DNA of 57,600 bases from an uncultured Erysipelotrichaceae bacterium. GTDB taxonomy: Bacteria > Bacillota_I > Bacilli_A > RF39 > UBA660. The stretch spans positions 342,477 through 400,076 of the forward strand of contig CADBGE010000001.1 of the NCBI GenBank assembly GCA_902794075.1, read 5' to 3'. The notes beneath the pieces are model-generated. The model had not been told where the DNA came from and did not search any database. It saw only the letters and a program-made list of their open reading frames with translations. Shown piece after piece: positions 30,132-39,350 of the stretch. The position numbers and the translations under genes were made by a program. How positions within the stretch are numbered: position 1 is the stretch's first letter; each line of letters begins with the position of its first letter.

Positions 30132-30746
30132 TCAAGATGAATACCAATATGGTAATTTTTTTAACTTTTTACACCCACTAAACATATTAGTTATGTCAAC
30201 TGGTCCATAATAAGTATTTTCTATATCCCATTGTGAAAGATCACCTATATATTCTAATTTTTCACAGCCTTCAAACATTTTCTCAGCCCATCCAAGATTA
30301 TTTATCTTCCAATTTGATAAATCTCCTACACTTACAAGATCATTACATCCAGAAAACATCCAACGCATTGAACTTACCTTTCTTACATCCCATTCAGATA
30401 TATCTATATATCTAAGCGTATCAATATTTTGTTTTTCGACATCTGACTGTACGGCATCAAATAGACAATCAAAATCCGTTGCTTCACTTACATCAATGTG
30501 ATTAAGATCTATTGGAAAATTTTTATTGTTTGCTGTTTCCAATTGTTTTATTGTTTCATCTCTAACCGTTTCATATAAATTGTCATTATTCACTTTAATG
30601 ATATCTCTTTTAAATTCCTTAAAATTTTTATTTATTACAAGTTTTTCATTCACTTGTGATGGAATAATGACAAGTTTTTCATTTATAAATTCATTCAAAG
30701 AATGAAGTGTTTTCATTTGTGAAATATGTTGTGATAATGTTTTCAT
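30132..30746 (-). CDS. CTS-leader BspA/DUF285-type LRR protein
   Basis: Start reassigned to MKTLSQHISQ at 30746; close paralog of 29426; ends LPYWYSS. Confidence 0.85.
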   Translation of the reverse strand: MKTLSQHISQMKTLHSLNEFINEKLVIIPSQVNEKLVINKNFKEFKRDIIKVNNDNLYETVRDETIKQLETANNKNFPIDLNHIDVSEATDFDCLFDAVQSDVEKQNIDTLRYIDISEWDVRKVSSMRWMFSGCNDLVSVGDLSNWKINNLGWAEKMFEGCEKLEYIGDLSQWDIENTYYGPVDITNMFSGCKKLKKLPYWYSS

Positions 30747-30747
30747 A

Positions 30748-31305
30748 TCATTTATATTCAAATTTATAAGCAAATATGATTATAGTGTTTAAAGATGTTG
30801 AATCTGACTTATTCTCTGGACCTACGAGGCCTATTACATGTTCATCTGTTTCAAATACTTTAATTATTACTTTACTTTTTGACATACTATTTGCATATTT
30901 TGTTTCAGCATCATTACATAAAAAATCAATGTCATCGTGCTTTCTATTCAACAAATCTAACATATTATAAAATATGTTTGTCGCCTTCTTGAGAGTCACA
31001 TAATGAACAAATATTCTTTTATCTTTTGGAATGCGAGGCCTTATTATGTCATTAAGCTTCTTCAGTATAACTTTATCAATTGCAATTACATCATTAAGAT
31101 CTTCATACATACCCCACATATTGTTGCGTGATATCCATTGAAAATCTTTCTTGAATGCATCATAAATAGTATTGTTAATTCCGGGTGACTTGTAGTTCTT
31201 ATTGATGATAAGTTTTTCATCCACTTGTGAAATATGTTCAGCAATAAATTCATTCAAAGAATGAAGTGTTTTCATTTGTGAAATATGTTGTTGTAATGAT
31301 TTCAT
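30748..31305 (-). CDS. CTS-leader protein, cargo family X
   Basis: MKSLQQHISQMKTLHSLNEFIAE-HISQVDE-KLIINKNY; VFET..VIGLVGP...IIFAYK. Confidence 0.8.
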   Translation of the reverse strand: MKSLQQHISQMKTLHSLNEFIAEHISQVDEKLIINKNYKSPGINNTIYDAFKKDFQWISRNNMWGMYEDLNDVIAIDKVILKKLNDIIRPRIPKDKRIFVHYVTLKKATNIFYNMLDLLNRKHDDIDFLCNDAETKYANSMSKSKVIIKVFETDEHVIGLVGPENKSDSTSLNTIIIFAYKFEYK

Positions 31306-31991
31306 TATTGTTTACATAAATTTTTATATAATGTTTCTATTTCATTCCACGTGTCCTCCGATTCCAAATAATATTCAGGAGTTGAATCGTCTTTTGAAAA
31401 ATGTGAATTTTTAGATAATGAATATACCTCTTTCTTTGGTACATAGTCGTTATATTCTATTCTCATTCCATTATGAACTGGAATAAATACAAATTTACTA
31501 TATAAAAGATTTGCGTTATTGAGTGTCTTTTTCCAATTTAGATGAAACAAATACATTAAATGACTTCCATTCATTAATTCCTTTAAAGCACATAAATAAT
31601 ATCCATGATTTGCATATCTGCATTGTTGAGCAAATGATATTTTCTTTGTGGCTGAATTTACAAAATATTCATAAAATGTATTACTTGCTACATTGTCCGT
31701 ATCTTTACAATATAATCCATATCGATTTAAATTCCACTCAAGATCATATATGTCATCTAAACCACTATAATTATAATCTTTATTTATAACAAGTTTTTCA
31801 TTCACTTGCGATGGAAATATGATAAGTTTTTCATCAACGGGTTGATGACGTATGACAAGTTTTTCATTCACTTGTGATGGAAATATGATAAGTTTTTCAT
31901 CAACGGGTTGATGACGTATGACAAGTTTTTCATTCACTTGTGATGGAAATATGACAAGTTTTTCAGTTATGTAATTTGTTAATGATTTCAT
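31305..31991 (-). CDS. CTS-leader protein with five inserted leader modules, cargo family Y
   Basis: Start MKSLTNYITE at 31991 (ATGA overlap); C-terminus EYYLESEDTWNEIETLYKNL resembles 33281. Confidence 0.8.
   Translation of the reverse strand: MKSLTNYITEKLVIFPSQVNEKLVIRHQPVDEKLIIFPSQVNEKLVIRHQPVDEKLIIFPSQVNEKLVINKDYNYSGLDDIYDLEWNLNRYGLYCKDTDNVASNTFYEYFVNSATKKISFAQQCRYANHGYYLCALKELMNGSHLMYLFHLNWKKTLNNANLLYSKFVFIPVHNGMRIEYNDYVPKKEVYSLSKNSHFSKDDSTPEYYLESEDTWNEIETLYKNLCKQ
31797..31961 (-). repeat. Alternating 33-bp leader modules (A-C-A-C-A; 66-bp higher-order repeat)
   Basis: Encodes KLVIFPSQVNE / KLVIRHQPVDE alternation. Confidence 0.9.
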
Positions 31992-32629
31992 TCTTTGTAC
32001 CAATTCGGTATATTTGTTATTCCTGAACCTTCAAACATAAGATTCATATATTTAACATTTGAAACGTCCCAATTAGATAGGTCTCCTACTGATGTTAATT
32101 GTTCACATCCATAAAACATACCCTTCATAATTTTACATTTTGAAACTTTCCAATTTGATAAATCACCAACTGATTTTAATTGTTTGCATTTATAAAACAT
32201 AAAATACATATCTTTAACATTTGAAACATTCCAATTTGATAAATCACCAACTGATTTTAAATTGTAACATTCAAAAAACATAATATACATATCTTCAGCA
32301 TTTGAAACATCCCAGCCCGATACATCAATGTATTCAAATTTTGTTTTTTCAAATATTCCTTTATTTTTTTCATCCCAAAAAGAATTAATATTGCTAACAT
32401 CAATATCATTAAAGCCGATAGGGTTCTGTTCTGTACCAGGTCCTAACTTATCATATCTATCTTCTATTATCTTTTTTAATTCTTTAAATGATTTTGGAGC
32501 ATAAGTATACTGCTTATAATTTTTATTGATGATTAGTTTCTCATCAAGTCGTTGATTGATGATTAGCTTCTCGTTTAATGAAATTAAAGATGATTTATTA
32601 TCTTTTAAATATTCTGTTAACTTTTTCAT
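31988..32629 (-). CDS. CTS-leader BspA/DUF285-type LRR protein
   Basis: MKKLTEYLKDNKSSLISLNE-KLIINQRLDE-KLIINKNY; LKSVGDLSNW repeats; close paralog of 37960 and 47052. Confidence 0.88.
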   Translation of the reverse strand: MKKLTEYLKDNKSSLISLNEKLIINQRLDEKLIINKNYKQYTYAPKSFKELKKIIEDRYDKLGPGTEQNPIGFNDIDVSNINSFWDEKNKGIFEKTKFEYIDVSGWDVSNAEDMYIMFFECYNLKSVGDLSNWNVSNVKDMYFMFYKCKQLKSVGDLSNWKVSKCKIMKGMFYGCEQLTSVGDLSNWDVSNVKYMNLMFEGSGITNIPNWYKE

Positions 32630-32630
32630 A

Positions 32631-33284
32631 TCATCGAAGAAATTCCTTTAATGTAGATGAACTACAATCACCACCTTTATTTAATAAATATTCAAGTAAT
32701 AATTTAAAATCTTTAGATTCAATTTTATACCAATTATTACATTCTGATATTAATTCATATGTTCCATATATAGTATCTATGTCTGCATTTACATATTTCA
32801 TTTTGTTACTTATTCGTATTATTGCTGCTCCAGACAGTTCCTTACAGGATGTTTTATCAGATGTCATTGCGAAAACAAATGAATCATATTTTGGTACATC
32901 GCCATTATATAAATTATTATATCCTACAACTGCTCCAAATTTTTTTAGTTTATTTAAAATATTATTAGATGAGGATATCTTTGTACCTATTTTTGTAATA
33001 ACATCAACTATTATATTATAATTTTCTAATCCATTTTCATTATTTATAGTAAACCCCGGACGTTTAAATTTAAGAACTGTATCTGTTTGAAGTGGTTTTT
33101 GTTTAATATAATTATCATCAAATATATTGATAATACGTGTAACTTCTATAAATTTAAAATCTTTATTTATGATTAATTTTTCAGCAATATTTACATTTTG
33201 ATGTAAAGTTTTACTTTCAGCAATAAATTCATTCAAAGAATGAAGTGTTTTCATTTGTGAAATATACTGTGTTAATGTTTTCAT
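32631..33284 (-). CDS. CTS-leader protein, unknown cargo
   Basis: MKTLTQYISQMKTLHSLNEFIAE-SKTLHQNVNIAE-KLIINKDF. Confidence 0.8.
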   Translation of the reverse strand: MKTLTQYISQMKTLHSLNEFIAESKTLHQNVNIAEKLIINKDFKFIEVTRIINIFDDNYIKQKPLQTDTVLKFKRPGFTINNENGLENYNIIVDVITKIGTKISSSNNILNKLKKFGAVVGYNNLYNGDVPKYDSFVFAMTSDKTSCKELSGAAIIRISNKMKYVNADIDTIYGTYELISECNNWYKIESKDFKLLLEYLLNKGGDCSSSTLKEFLR

Positions 33285-33778
33285 TTTTTAATCAGTTTAT
33301 TATATAATTCTGATACATCATCAAACGTTTCTTTTGAAATTTCATAATATTCAACATCATTTGCATTATTCCATGTATTAGATTTGTTAAATACATGCAT
33401 TGATGTTACACTCAGTTCTTCTTTTCTAAATTGATAATCTGAATATTTTTTAAATATTATAAAAACTTTATAAGTGGCATTGGATATTTTTTGAAATATG
33501 TCAATTTCTTTTATACGCTTATTGAATACTACTATATATGGGTGACGATCTTCTCTACTTGTGTTTCTATATGAATCAAAATCTGAAAAACTTCTAATGT
33601 TATGATCACGTATATAATCAATCATTATGCTAAATATATCGTCACTTGTCTCAAGTTGTTCATAATCATTAACATATTTAAAATCAATATTATCAAACAG
33701 TTCTTCAAGCCCAACAATATTTGTGTAGTTTTTGTTGATGATTAGTTTTTCAGATATGTGCTGTGTTAATGATTTCAT
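33281..33778 (-). CDS. CTS-leader protein, cargo family Y
   Basis: MKSLTQHISE-KLIINKNY; ATGA-coupled to gp4. Confidence 0.8.
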   Translation of the reverse strand: MKSLTQHISEKLIINKNYTNIVGLEELFDNIDFKYVNDYEQLETSDDIFSIMIDYIRDHNIRSFSDFDSYRNTSREDRHPYIVVFNKRIKEIDIFQKISNATYKVFIIFKKYSDYQFRKEELSVTSMHVFNKSNTWNNANDVEYYEISKETFDDVSELYNKLIKK

Positions 33779-34230
33779 TGAAAAAATTTCTCTGTTATAA
33801 TTATAAATTTAAGTCCATGAGCTTCAGCAAATGCTTTAGCAGCAACCCATTTATCAACATTATTAACCCAGGCCTCTTTAAGCCATCGTGAATCCAATGC
33901 AGACGGTTTCACAGTCTGATTATATGGTTTTATTTCTACTATGGTTCTTTCTCCTTTATAGTTCTCTATAACATAGTCGGGATAATAGTTCTGTTCTTTC
34001 TGTAATAATCTATTATAATATCTAATAGCTATTGGTTCTGATGCCCATTTAATGATCTTAGGATTAGATTCGCAATAATTTATGAAATTCAATTCAAGTC
34101 CACTTCTATATATCACAGGCTGATCCTTGCACTCACTGAAGTATTTCTTGAGTGTAGAACGGTCCACATATCCTTGATGATATCTTGAATTCTTACGTGG
34201 CTTTAAATGTTTTATGAATGAATCTTTCAT
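33775..34230 (-). CDS. gp4: T4 gp4-like head completion nuclease (TnsA-like PD-(D/E)xK)
   Basis: VIYRSGLE..F...C..NP.I..WASEP..I.Y...YYPDY...VEIKP..QT...KW.AA..F......F.I.TE. Confidence 0.88.
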   Translation of the reverse strand: MKDSFIKHLKPRKNSRYHQGYVDRSTLKKYFSECKDQPVIYRSGLELNFINYCESNPKIIKWASEPIAIRYYNRLLQKEQNYYPDYVIENYKGERTIVEIKPYNQTVKPSALDSRWLKEAWVNNVDKWVAAKAFAEAHGLKFIIITEKFFQ

Positions 34231-34237
34231 TTATATG

Positions 34238-34750
34238 TTATTTGTATGTAAATAGTATTACTGAATCTACAATAGATAATGGAAACTTTCTAGATCCTAT
34301 TAATCCTATGATATAATCCGTTGTTTCAAATATTAAAGCTGTATAATCTCCGCCGGAAAATGATTTATCTATAAAAAATGACATAGATTCATAATTATCA
34401 TTTATATATTCAATCATTTTCTTATATATGTTCTCTTGATGACTATCAACAATTACACTATAAAATATAGAATTATTTTTAGGAACACGTTTACGTATTT
34501 CATTATCAATGGATGATTTGTATGAGAATGGAATATTTATTGCATATATTTTATTGACTGAGTCCGTTGTTTTAAATTTGCCATCTGTTGATAAATCAAC
34601 AAAGTCATCCTCAAACTTATCATAAAACATATCATTATAATTAACACCAGAAAATTCTTTATTAATGATTAGTTTTTCATCTAATGAAATCAAAGATGAT
34701 TTATTATCTTTTGATTTATTATCTTTTATGTATTGTAATAATGATATCAT
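34238..34750 (-). CDS. CTS-leader protein, cargo family X
   Basis: MISLLQYIKDNKSKDNKSSLISLDE-KLIINKEF; FYDKF...IFETT.YIIGLIG...ILFTYK. Confidence 0.8.
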   Translation of the reverse strand: MISLLQYIKDNKSKDNKSSLISLDEKLIINKEFSGVNYNDMFYDKFEDDFVDLSTDGKFKTTDSVNKIYAINIPFSYKSSIDNEIRKRVPKNNSIFYSVIVDSHQENIYKKMIEYINDNYESMSFFIDKSFSGGDYTALIFETTDYIIGLIGSRKFPLSIVDSVILFTYK

Positions 34751-34771
34751 TATTTCACATTAATAATTTTA

Positions 34772-34783
34772 TAATTAAAAATA
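34772..34783 (-). promoter_or_regulatory. Candidate late-promoter motif TATTTTTAATTA
   Basis: Exact 12-mer heading the 34750 to 23776 gene run. Confidence 0.45.
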
Positions 34784-34840
34784 TTTCATTGTTAACAACG
34801 AAAAACTTTTTGCTTAGCAAAAATATTTTTTATACATACT

Positions 34841-34875
34841 AAAAGTTCCACATATATTCATTAATACATGTGGAA
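34841..34875 (-). terminator. Probable intrinsic terminator
   Basis: ttccacat/atgtggaa stem, U-run on the minus strand. Confidence 0.5.
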
Positions 34876-34935
34876 AAACAATCTATTTTTATATATTAAA
34901 TCTTATGTATACATTAAACTTATGTATACATTAAA

Positions 34936-35295
34936 TCATACGAAATTCCTTAGACATATGTCAAGAACTTTGTCCTCATCATAATCAATGCCTGTCATAT
35001 CGAGATATGTTAAGATCTTAGAATGAAGTTCATAAGGATCATTTAGTCCTTTAGCTTGTAATGACTTAAGTGCTGAATATACATCCATTCCGTGCTTAAG
35101 TTTTGCAGATAGAGCATATATCACAATTATACCAGAATCAGCATGATCGTCGTGCATATTCATTCCAAAGTTTGTACATCCATTATTTGTCATCTCTTTC
35201 ACAAATTCGTCAAAATGCTTTGGAAAGTCCGGTGTTATCTCTTCTGAGGAAATGTCTAATTTCTTATCAATATTTTCTAGGTCTAAATCTTTCAT
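34936..35295 (-). CDS. Hypothetical protein
   Basis: 119-aa acidic ORF. Confidence 0.7.
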   Translation of the reverse strand: MKDLDLENIDKKLDISSEEITPDFPKHFDEFVKEMTNNGCTNFGMNMHDDHADSGIIVIYALSAKLKHGMDVYSALKSLQAKGLNDPYELHSKILTYLDMTGIDYDEDKVLDICLRNFV

Positions 35296-35376
35296 AATTC
35301 ATAAAGTAATTAAATTTTTGTGTTTATTCTTCAAACAGCTTCAGTTGTATTGGTTTTGGAATTTTAATACATATTT

Positions 35377-35694
35377 TTATTCATTGATTTTAACCATAGA
35401 TTTACCATCAAACATTCTAATTTCATTCGCACCCATAATAAAATATTTTTCTCCTTTTATAGGTATAAATTCATTATCGTTTTCATCTATATATACTGTA
35501 ATGCCATCTTTAATAATTCCATCTTTCGTTGGAATTTCTCTAATTGTTTTTATTCTTCCACCTTTAATTTTAATCATGTTATCAATACTTTTATTTATTT
35601 TTGGTAATTGTTTTTTTGCTATTATTGCGCATACAATTGTACCTATAGCAGATATACCGCAAAATATACAATTTAATATATTTATAGTATTCAT
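35377..35694 (-). CDS. Small membrane-anchored hypothetical protein
   Basis: N-terminal hydrophobic helix; has its own promoter. Confidence 0.65.
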   Translation of the reverse strand: MNTINILNCIFCGISAIGTIVCAIIAKKQLPKINKSIDNMIKIKGGRIKTIREIPTKDGIIKDGITVYIDENDNEFIPIKGEKYFIMGANEIRMFDGKSMVKINE

Positions 35695-35736
35695 TTAATA
35701 ATTTTTAAATATAATTTTATAATATATTAATATATT

Positions 35737-35775
35737 AATATATAAAAACTCCCGAAAAATATTCAATTCTCGGGA
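35737..35775 (-). promoter_or_regulatory. Promoter TTGAAT-N18-TATATT nested in a terminator-like hairpin
   Basis: -35 at 35761-35766 inside the tcccga/tcggga inverted repeat. Confidence 0.55.
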
Positions 35776-35807
35776 ATATAATATTTAATGAATTATGTTA
35801 TTAATAA

Positions 35808-36215
35808 TTATTTAATTGTTTGTTTAAAGTCTCTAAGATATTCAACAACTAAAACATTTTTATTTGCAATATAATAAATAATTCCGTATTTTGTCTCAAT
35901 ATCTGCAACAGTGAAACTACCTGTCTCAATATCATATAAAACACATACATTTTTATATTCTGCAGTCATTGTATAATTGTCGTAAGTGAATGTAATCTTT
36001 ACATCACCAACACTGTTTGCTTTATGATTAAATTCTACCCACAAATGAGTTGAACCTTCATTCAATGGTTTAACCATTTTAGACAAATCAGTGCATTTTG
36101 AGAAATAAGTAAAGTCGCAAGTTTTGTTCCAGTCAGTGTAAATGTAAGAACCAGTAAAAGCATTCATTACAAATGAAATTATTGCCATTACTACAGTCAG
36201 AATAATTTTTTTCAT
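35808..36215 (-). CDS. Secreted/periplasmic hypothetical protein
   Basis: Signal peptide MKKIILTVVMAIISFVMNA; paralog of 36341 (VLYD.E.G). Confidence 0.75.
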   Translation of the reverse strand: MKKIILTVVMAIISFVMNAFTGSYIYTDWNKTCDFTYFSKCTDLSKMVKPLNEGSTHLWVEFNHKANSVGDVKITFTYDNYTMTAEYKNVCVLYDIETGSFTVADIETKYGIIYYIANKNVLVVEYLRDFKQTIK

Positions 36216-36240
36216 TGTTATTTTATTTGATTACGAATAT

Positions 36241-36269
36241 AAAATAGAAATGTTCCCATAAAAATTCAA
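36241..36269 (-). promoter_or_regulatory. Promoter TTGAAT-N17-TATTTT
   Basis: Recurring motif. Confidence 0.6.
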
Positions 36270-36292
36270 TTCTTTAATATATGTTAACATAC

Positions 36293-36320
36293 AAAAAAGA
36301 CCCACATTTCTGCAGGTCTT
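36293..36320 (-). terminator. Intrinsic terminator
   Basis: aagacc/ggtctt stem with a U-tract on the minus strand. Confidence 0.6.
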
Positions 36321-36340
36321 GATGAGTTCTTAACTAATGT

Positions 36341-36754
36341 TTAAACAATAAATGGAACAATATCATAAAATAAAAGTAATTTTAAATCAGTTCCAAACAC
36401 CCACAATAAATTTTCTTTAAGTTTATTTGTAATAACTAAAGTTCCTTCATCTGGGTCATACAATACAATGACATCTTCAAGTGTTACAACTTTTGAACCA
36501 TCAAACGATGTATTTTTCATTCCTGCATCAATTGATACCTTACAAATTGATCCAGCTGAACCATAATCCGTATATTGTATATAAATTTTTCCATTTTCAA
36601 TTTTTCCTACCTTTCCTTCGTTAATCGCATCTTTATTAAGAGCAATTGCGTTAAAGGAAATAATTTTTGACCATTTAAAATCAATTTTTGTAAGTTTTGC
36701 ATTTGCACTTAATGTAATAATAGCTAATAACAAAATTGATAAAATCTTTTTCAT
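36341..36754 (-). CDS. Secreted/periplasmic hypothetical protein
   Basis: Signal peptide MKKILSILLLAIITLSANA. Confidence 0.75.
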   Translation of the reverse strand: MKKILSILLLAIITLSANAKLTKIDFKWSKIISFNAIALNKDAINEGKVGKIENGKIYIQYTDYGSAGSICKVSIDAGMKNTSFDGSKVVTLEDVIVLYDPDEGTLVITNKLKENLLWVFGTDLKLLLFYDIVPFIV

Positions 36755-36796
36755 CTTTCTTAAATTTTATATATTAAACATTAAATTATTCTTAAA

Positions 36797-37183
36797 TCAC
36801 TCTCCCTCAATCACCTTACGCATTCGCTTGAAATACTCCATGTCATATTCATCTTCACCAGGAATTCCTTCATCATCAAACTCCGCATCAAGTTCATCAG
36901 CAATATCATCAAACCAGAGCAAGAACTGAACATACCAACCATCAATTTCTGTGCAAAATGCATAGCAGCAATCAGTCATGTCATATTCATAAGTCCACTC
37001 AAATTCATCGTCCGAGTGCTTGATGATTAGTTCCGCAAGGTCTTCCTCACTCTTGAAATCGGAATTCATGCACAGATAATCTTGAGCCTCAAGACTGTCA
37101 ATGAGTTGCTTCATAGTGAACTCATCAAGACCAAGAGCGTTAATAACAATGTTTCCGAGTTTCCCGATGTTTACAGTATTCAT
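36797..37183 (-). CDS. Highly acidic hypothetical protein
   Basis: 128 aa, Asp/Glu-rich. Confidence 0.7.
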   Translation of the reverse strand: MNTVNIGKLGNIVINALGLDEFTMKQLIDSLEAQDYLCMNSDFKSEEDLAELIIKHSDDEFEWTYEYDMTDCCYAFCTEIDGWYVQFLLWFDDIADELDAEFDDEGIPGEDEYDMEYFKRMRKVIEGE

Positions 37184-37225
37184 CTTTATTAAATTTTATA
37201 TATTAGTTAAACATTCATTAAATTC

Positions 37226-37378
37226 TCAATCTTCAATCTCATCAGCTACTTCTCTAAGTACTTGTGCCCATTCATAACCAGATATATCTTCCAAGTTTTC
37301 TAGCCACATGCTTGAGCTTGATCCATCAATGGCATTAAGTATATATTCTTTAAGTACTTTGTGAATGTATTCGTTCAT
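37226..37378 (-). CDS. Small acidic hypothetical protein (50 aa)
   Basis: Not in the track: MNEYIHKVLKEYILNAIDG...VLREVADEIED*; directly downstream of a promoter. Confidence 0.6.
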   Translation of the reverse strand: MNEYIHKVLKEYILNAIDGSSSSMWLENLEDISGYEWAQVLREVADEIED

Positions 37379-37406
37379 AATGTTTTAATTTTTAATTTGT
37401 ATAGAT

Positions 37407-37440
37407 AAAATAGAAAAGTTCCTCGAAAAATTCAAGGAAC
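37407..37440 (-). promoter_or_regulatory. Promoter TTGAAT-N17-TATTTT nested in a terminator-like hairpin
   Basis: -35 at 37430-37435 within the gttcct/aggaac inverted repeat; TATTTTATCTATACAAA shared with 49541-49557. Confidence 0.6.
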
Positions 37441-37489
37441 ACAGTGTTAAAGAATATTAAAAATAAATTATTTTACTATAAATTCTTCA

Positions 37490-37963
37490 TTACTTGTATT
37501 GAAATATCATCGTGCCTATATGGTTTTCAACATCAACCTCAGGCCATCCATATATGCATACTTTTAATTTTTTTGTTTCAAGTAAATATATAAAATAATC
37601 ATTCCCTTTAAATTTGTTATTAGTATCGTAGGCTTTATATGTAAGTTCAATATTATTATCATTGATGAATTCAATCATATCCTTATATAGCTTTGTCACT
37701 TCATCATAATGTTTAAAATCATTTGCATATTTTATATACACTGAGCGTTTAGCAAAAAAATTTGTCGTCGCATCTATCCAAGCAGGTTTCATTAATGTTG
37801 GCAATACCCACGTAACATCAGCTGAATGATACCAATCTATATTGCGATTTCTTATATTCAAGTGGTTCTTGAATTCTTCATAGAATTCTTCATTGTCTGA
37901 AACAAGCTTTGTGTTTTTGTTTATTACAAGTTTTTCATTCAAATACGTCGTTAATCTTTTCAT
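37490..37963 (-). CDS. CTS-leader protein, cargo family X
   Basis: Start MKRLTTYLNE at 37963 (ATGA overlap); closest to 1999. Confidence 0.8.
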   Translation of the reverse strand: MKRLTTYLNEKLVINKNTKLVSDNEEFYEEFKNHLNIRNRNIDWYHSADVTWVLPTLMKPAWIDATTNFFAKRSVYIKYANDFKHYDEVTKLYKDMIEFINDNNIELTYKAYDTNNKFKGNDYFIYLLETKKLKVCIYGWPEVDVENHIGTMIFQYK

Positions 37964-38706
37964 TCTTTGTACCAATTCGGTATATTTGTTATTCCTGAAC
38001 TATCAAACATACAACTCATGTATTTAACTTTTGAGACATCCCATTTTGATAAGTCTCCTACTGATTTTAACTGTTCGCAACCTTCAAACATAAAACTCAT
38101 ATTTTCAACTTTTGATACATTCCATTTTGATAAATTTCCAACTGATTTTAAGTTTATACATTTATCAAACATGGAACTAATGTCTTCAACATTTGAAACA
38201 TCCCAATTAGATAAATCACCGACAGATTTTAAATTGTAGCATTCATTAAACATTTCATACATATCTTTAACCTTTGACACGTTCCAATCTGTTATGTCAA
38301 TGTATTCAAATTTTGTTGCATCAAATATTCCTTCATTTATATTTGCATTATAAAATGAATCAATATTACTTACATCGACATCATTAAAGTCAATAGGTTT
38401 ATGTTCTGTTCCAGGTCCAACGTTGTAAAGTCTATCAATAATGATATTTTTTAACTCTTTAAATGATTTTGGAGCATATGTATACTGATTGTAATTTTTA
38501 TTGATGATTAGTTTCTCATCAAATTGCTGATTGATGATTAGTTTCTCATCAAATTGCTGATTGATGATTAGTTTCTCATCAAATTGCTGATTGATGACAA
38601 GCCTTTCAGATATATTTACATTTTGATGTAAAGTTTTACTTTCAGCAATATTTACATTTTGATGTAAAGTTTTACTTTCAGCAATATAATTTACTAATGA
38701 TTTCAT
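37960..38706 (-). CDS. CTS-leader BspA/DUF285-type LRR protein with amplified leader modules
   Basis: (SKTLHQNVNI[A/S]E)2 then ([R/K]L[V/I]INQQFDE)3; LKSVG[D/N]LS[N/K]W repeats. Confidence 0.88.
   Translation of the reverse strand: MKSLVNYIAESKTLHQNVNIAESKTLHQNVNISERLVINQQFDEKLIINQQFDEKLIINQQFDEKLIINKNYNQYTYAPKSFKELKNIIIDRLYNVGPGTEHKPIDFNDVDVSNIDSFYNANINEGIFDATKFEYIDITDWNVSKVKDMYEMFNECYNLKSVGDLSNWDVSNVEDISSMFDKCINLKSVGNLSKWNVSKVENMSFMFEGCEQLKSVGDLSKWDVSKVKYMSCMFDSSGITNIPNWYKE
38515..38676 (-). repeat. Tandem 36-bp (x2) and 30-bp (x3) leader modules
   Basis: Direct in-frame repeats with no spacers. Confidence 0.9.
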
Positions 38707-39350
38707 TCTACTCCTTTAGGCTTATATTTATCTTCTATACCGCAATTATTAAACATTGCATAAGTATTAGAGTTATCTGTAATATTCCAATTAGATAAAT
38801 CCGAATTAAAGTTCTTACAATCTTTAAACATCATATAAAAATCCTCTCCTTCACTAACTTTCCAATCACTTAAATCTGAATTAAATTTATAGCACCTAGC
38901 AAACATAGTAGAAAAATTTTCACATTTACTAACGTTCCAATTACTTAAATCAGAATTAAATTCATTACAATTATAAAACATAGATAAAAAAATCGTACTG
39001 TTTCTAACGTCCCACTTACTAAGATCACAATTGAACTTTTTACAACCAGCAAACATTTGGGTAAAATTCTCTCCTTTACCAACATTCCATTTGCTAACAT
39101 CAAAATTTTTATTTCCGGTGTTTTCGTCACCAACAAACAATTCACTAAAGTTAGTTACTTCAGATGTGTCAATGTCATTTAAGTCATATATACCTTTATT
39201 ATAATGTTCTTCTATTGAAGCCTTTAATTCAACTATGTCTTTTGGATGATAATTATAACCGTCATCATAGTTCTTATTGATTAACAGTTTTTCAGATAAT
39301 GAAATTAAATATGATTTATCTGATTTTATGTAGTTCGTTAACGATTTCAT
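38703..39350 (-). CDS. CTS-leader DUF285-type LRR protein
   Basis: MKSLTNYIKSDKSYLISLSE-KLLINKNY; FNSDLSNWNVS repeats; ends KPKGVE. Confidence 0.88.
   Translation of the reverse strand: MKSLTNYIKSDKSYLISLSEKLLINKNYDDGYNYHPKDIVELKASIEEHYNKGIYDLNDIDTSEVTNFSELFVGDENTGNKNFDVSKWNVGKGENFTQMFAGCKKFNCDLSKWDVRNSTIFLSMFYNCNEFNSDLSNWNVSKCENFSTMFARCYKFNSDLSDWKVSEGEDFYMMFKDCKNFNSDLSNWNITDNSNTYAMFNNCGIEDKYKPKGVE

Noticed and set aside
33775-34230. TnsA transposase of a Tn7-like element
   Set aside because: The motifs fit T4 gp4, gp2 is nearby, and there are no tnsB/tnsC genes or transposon ends.
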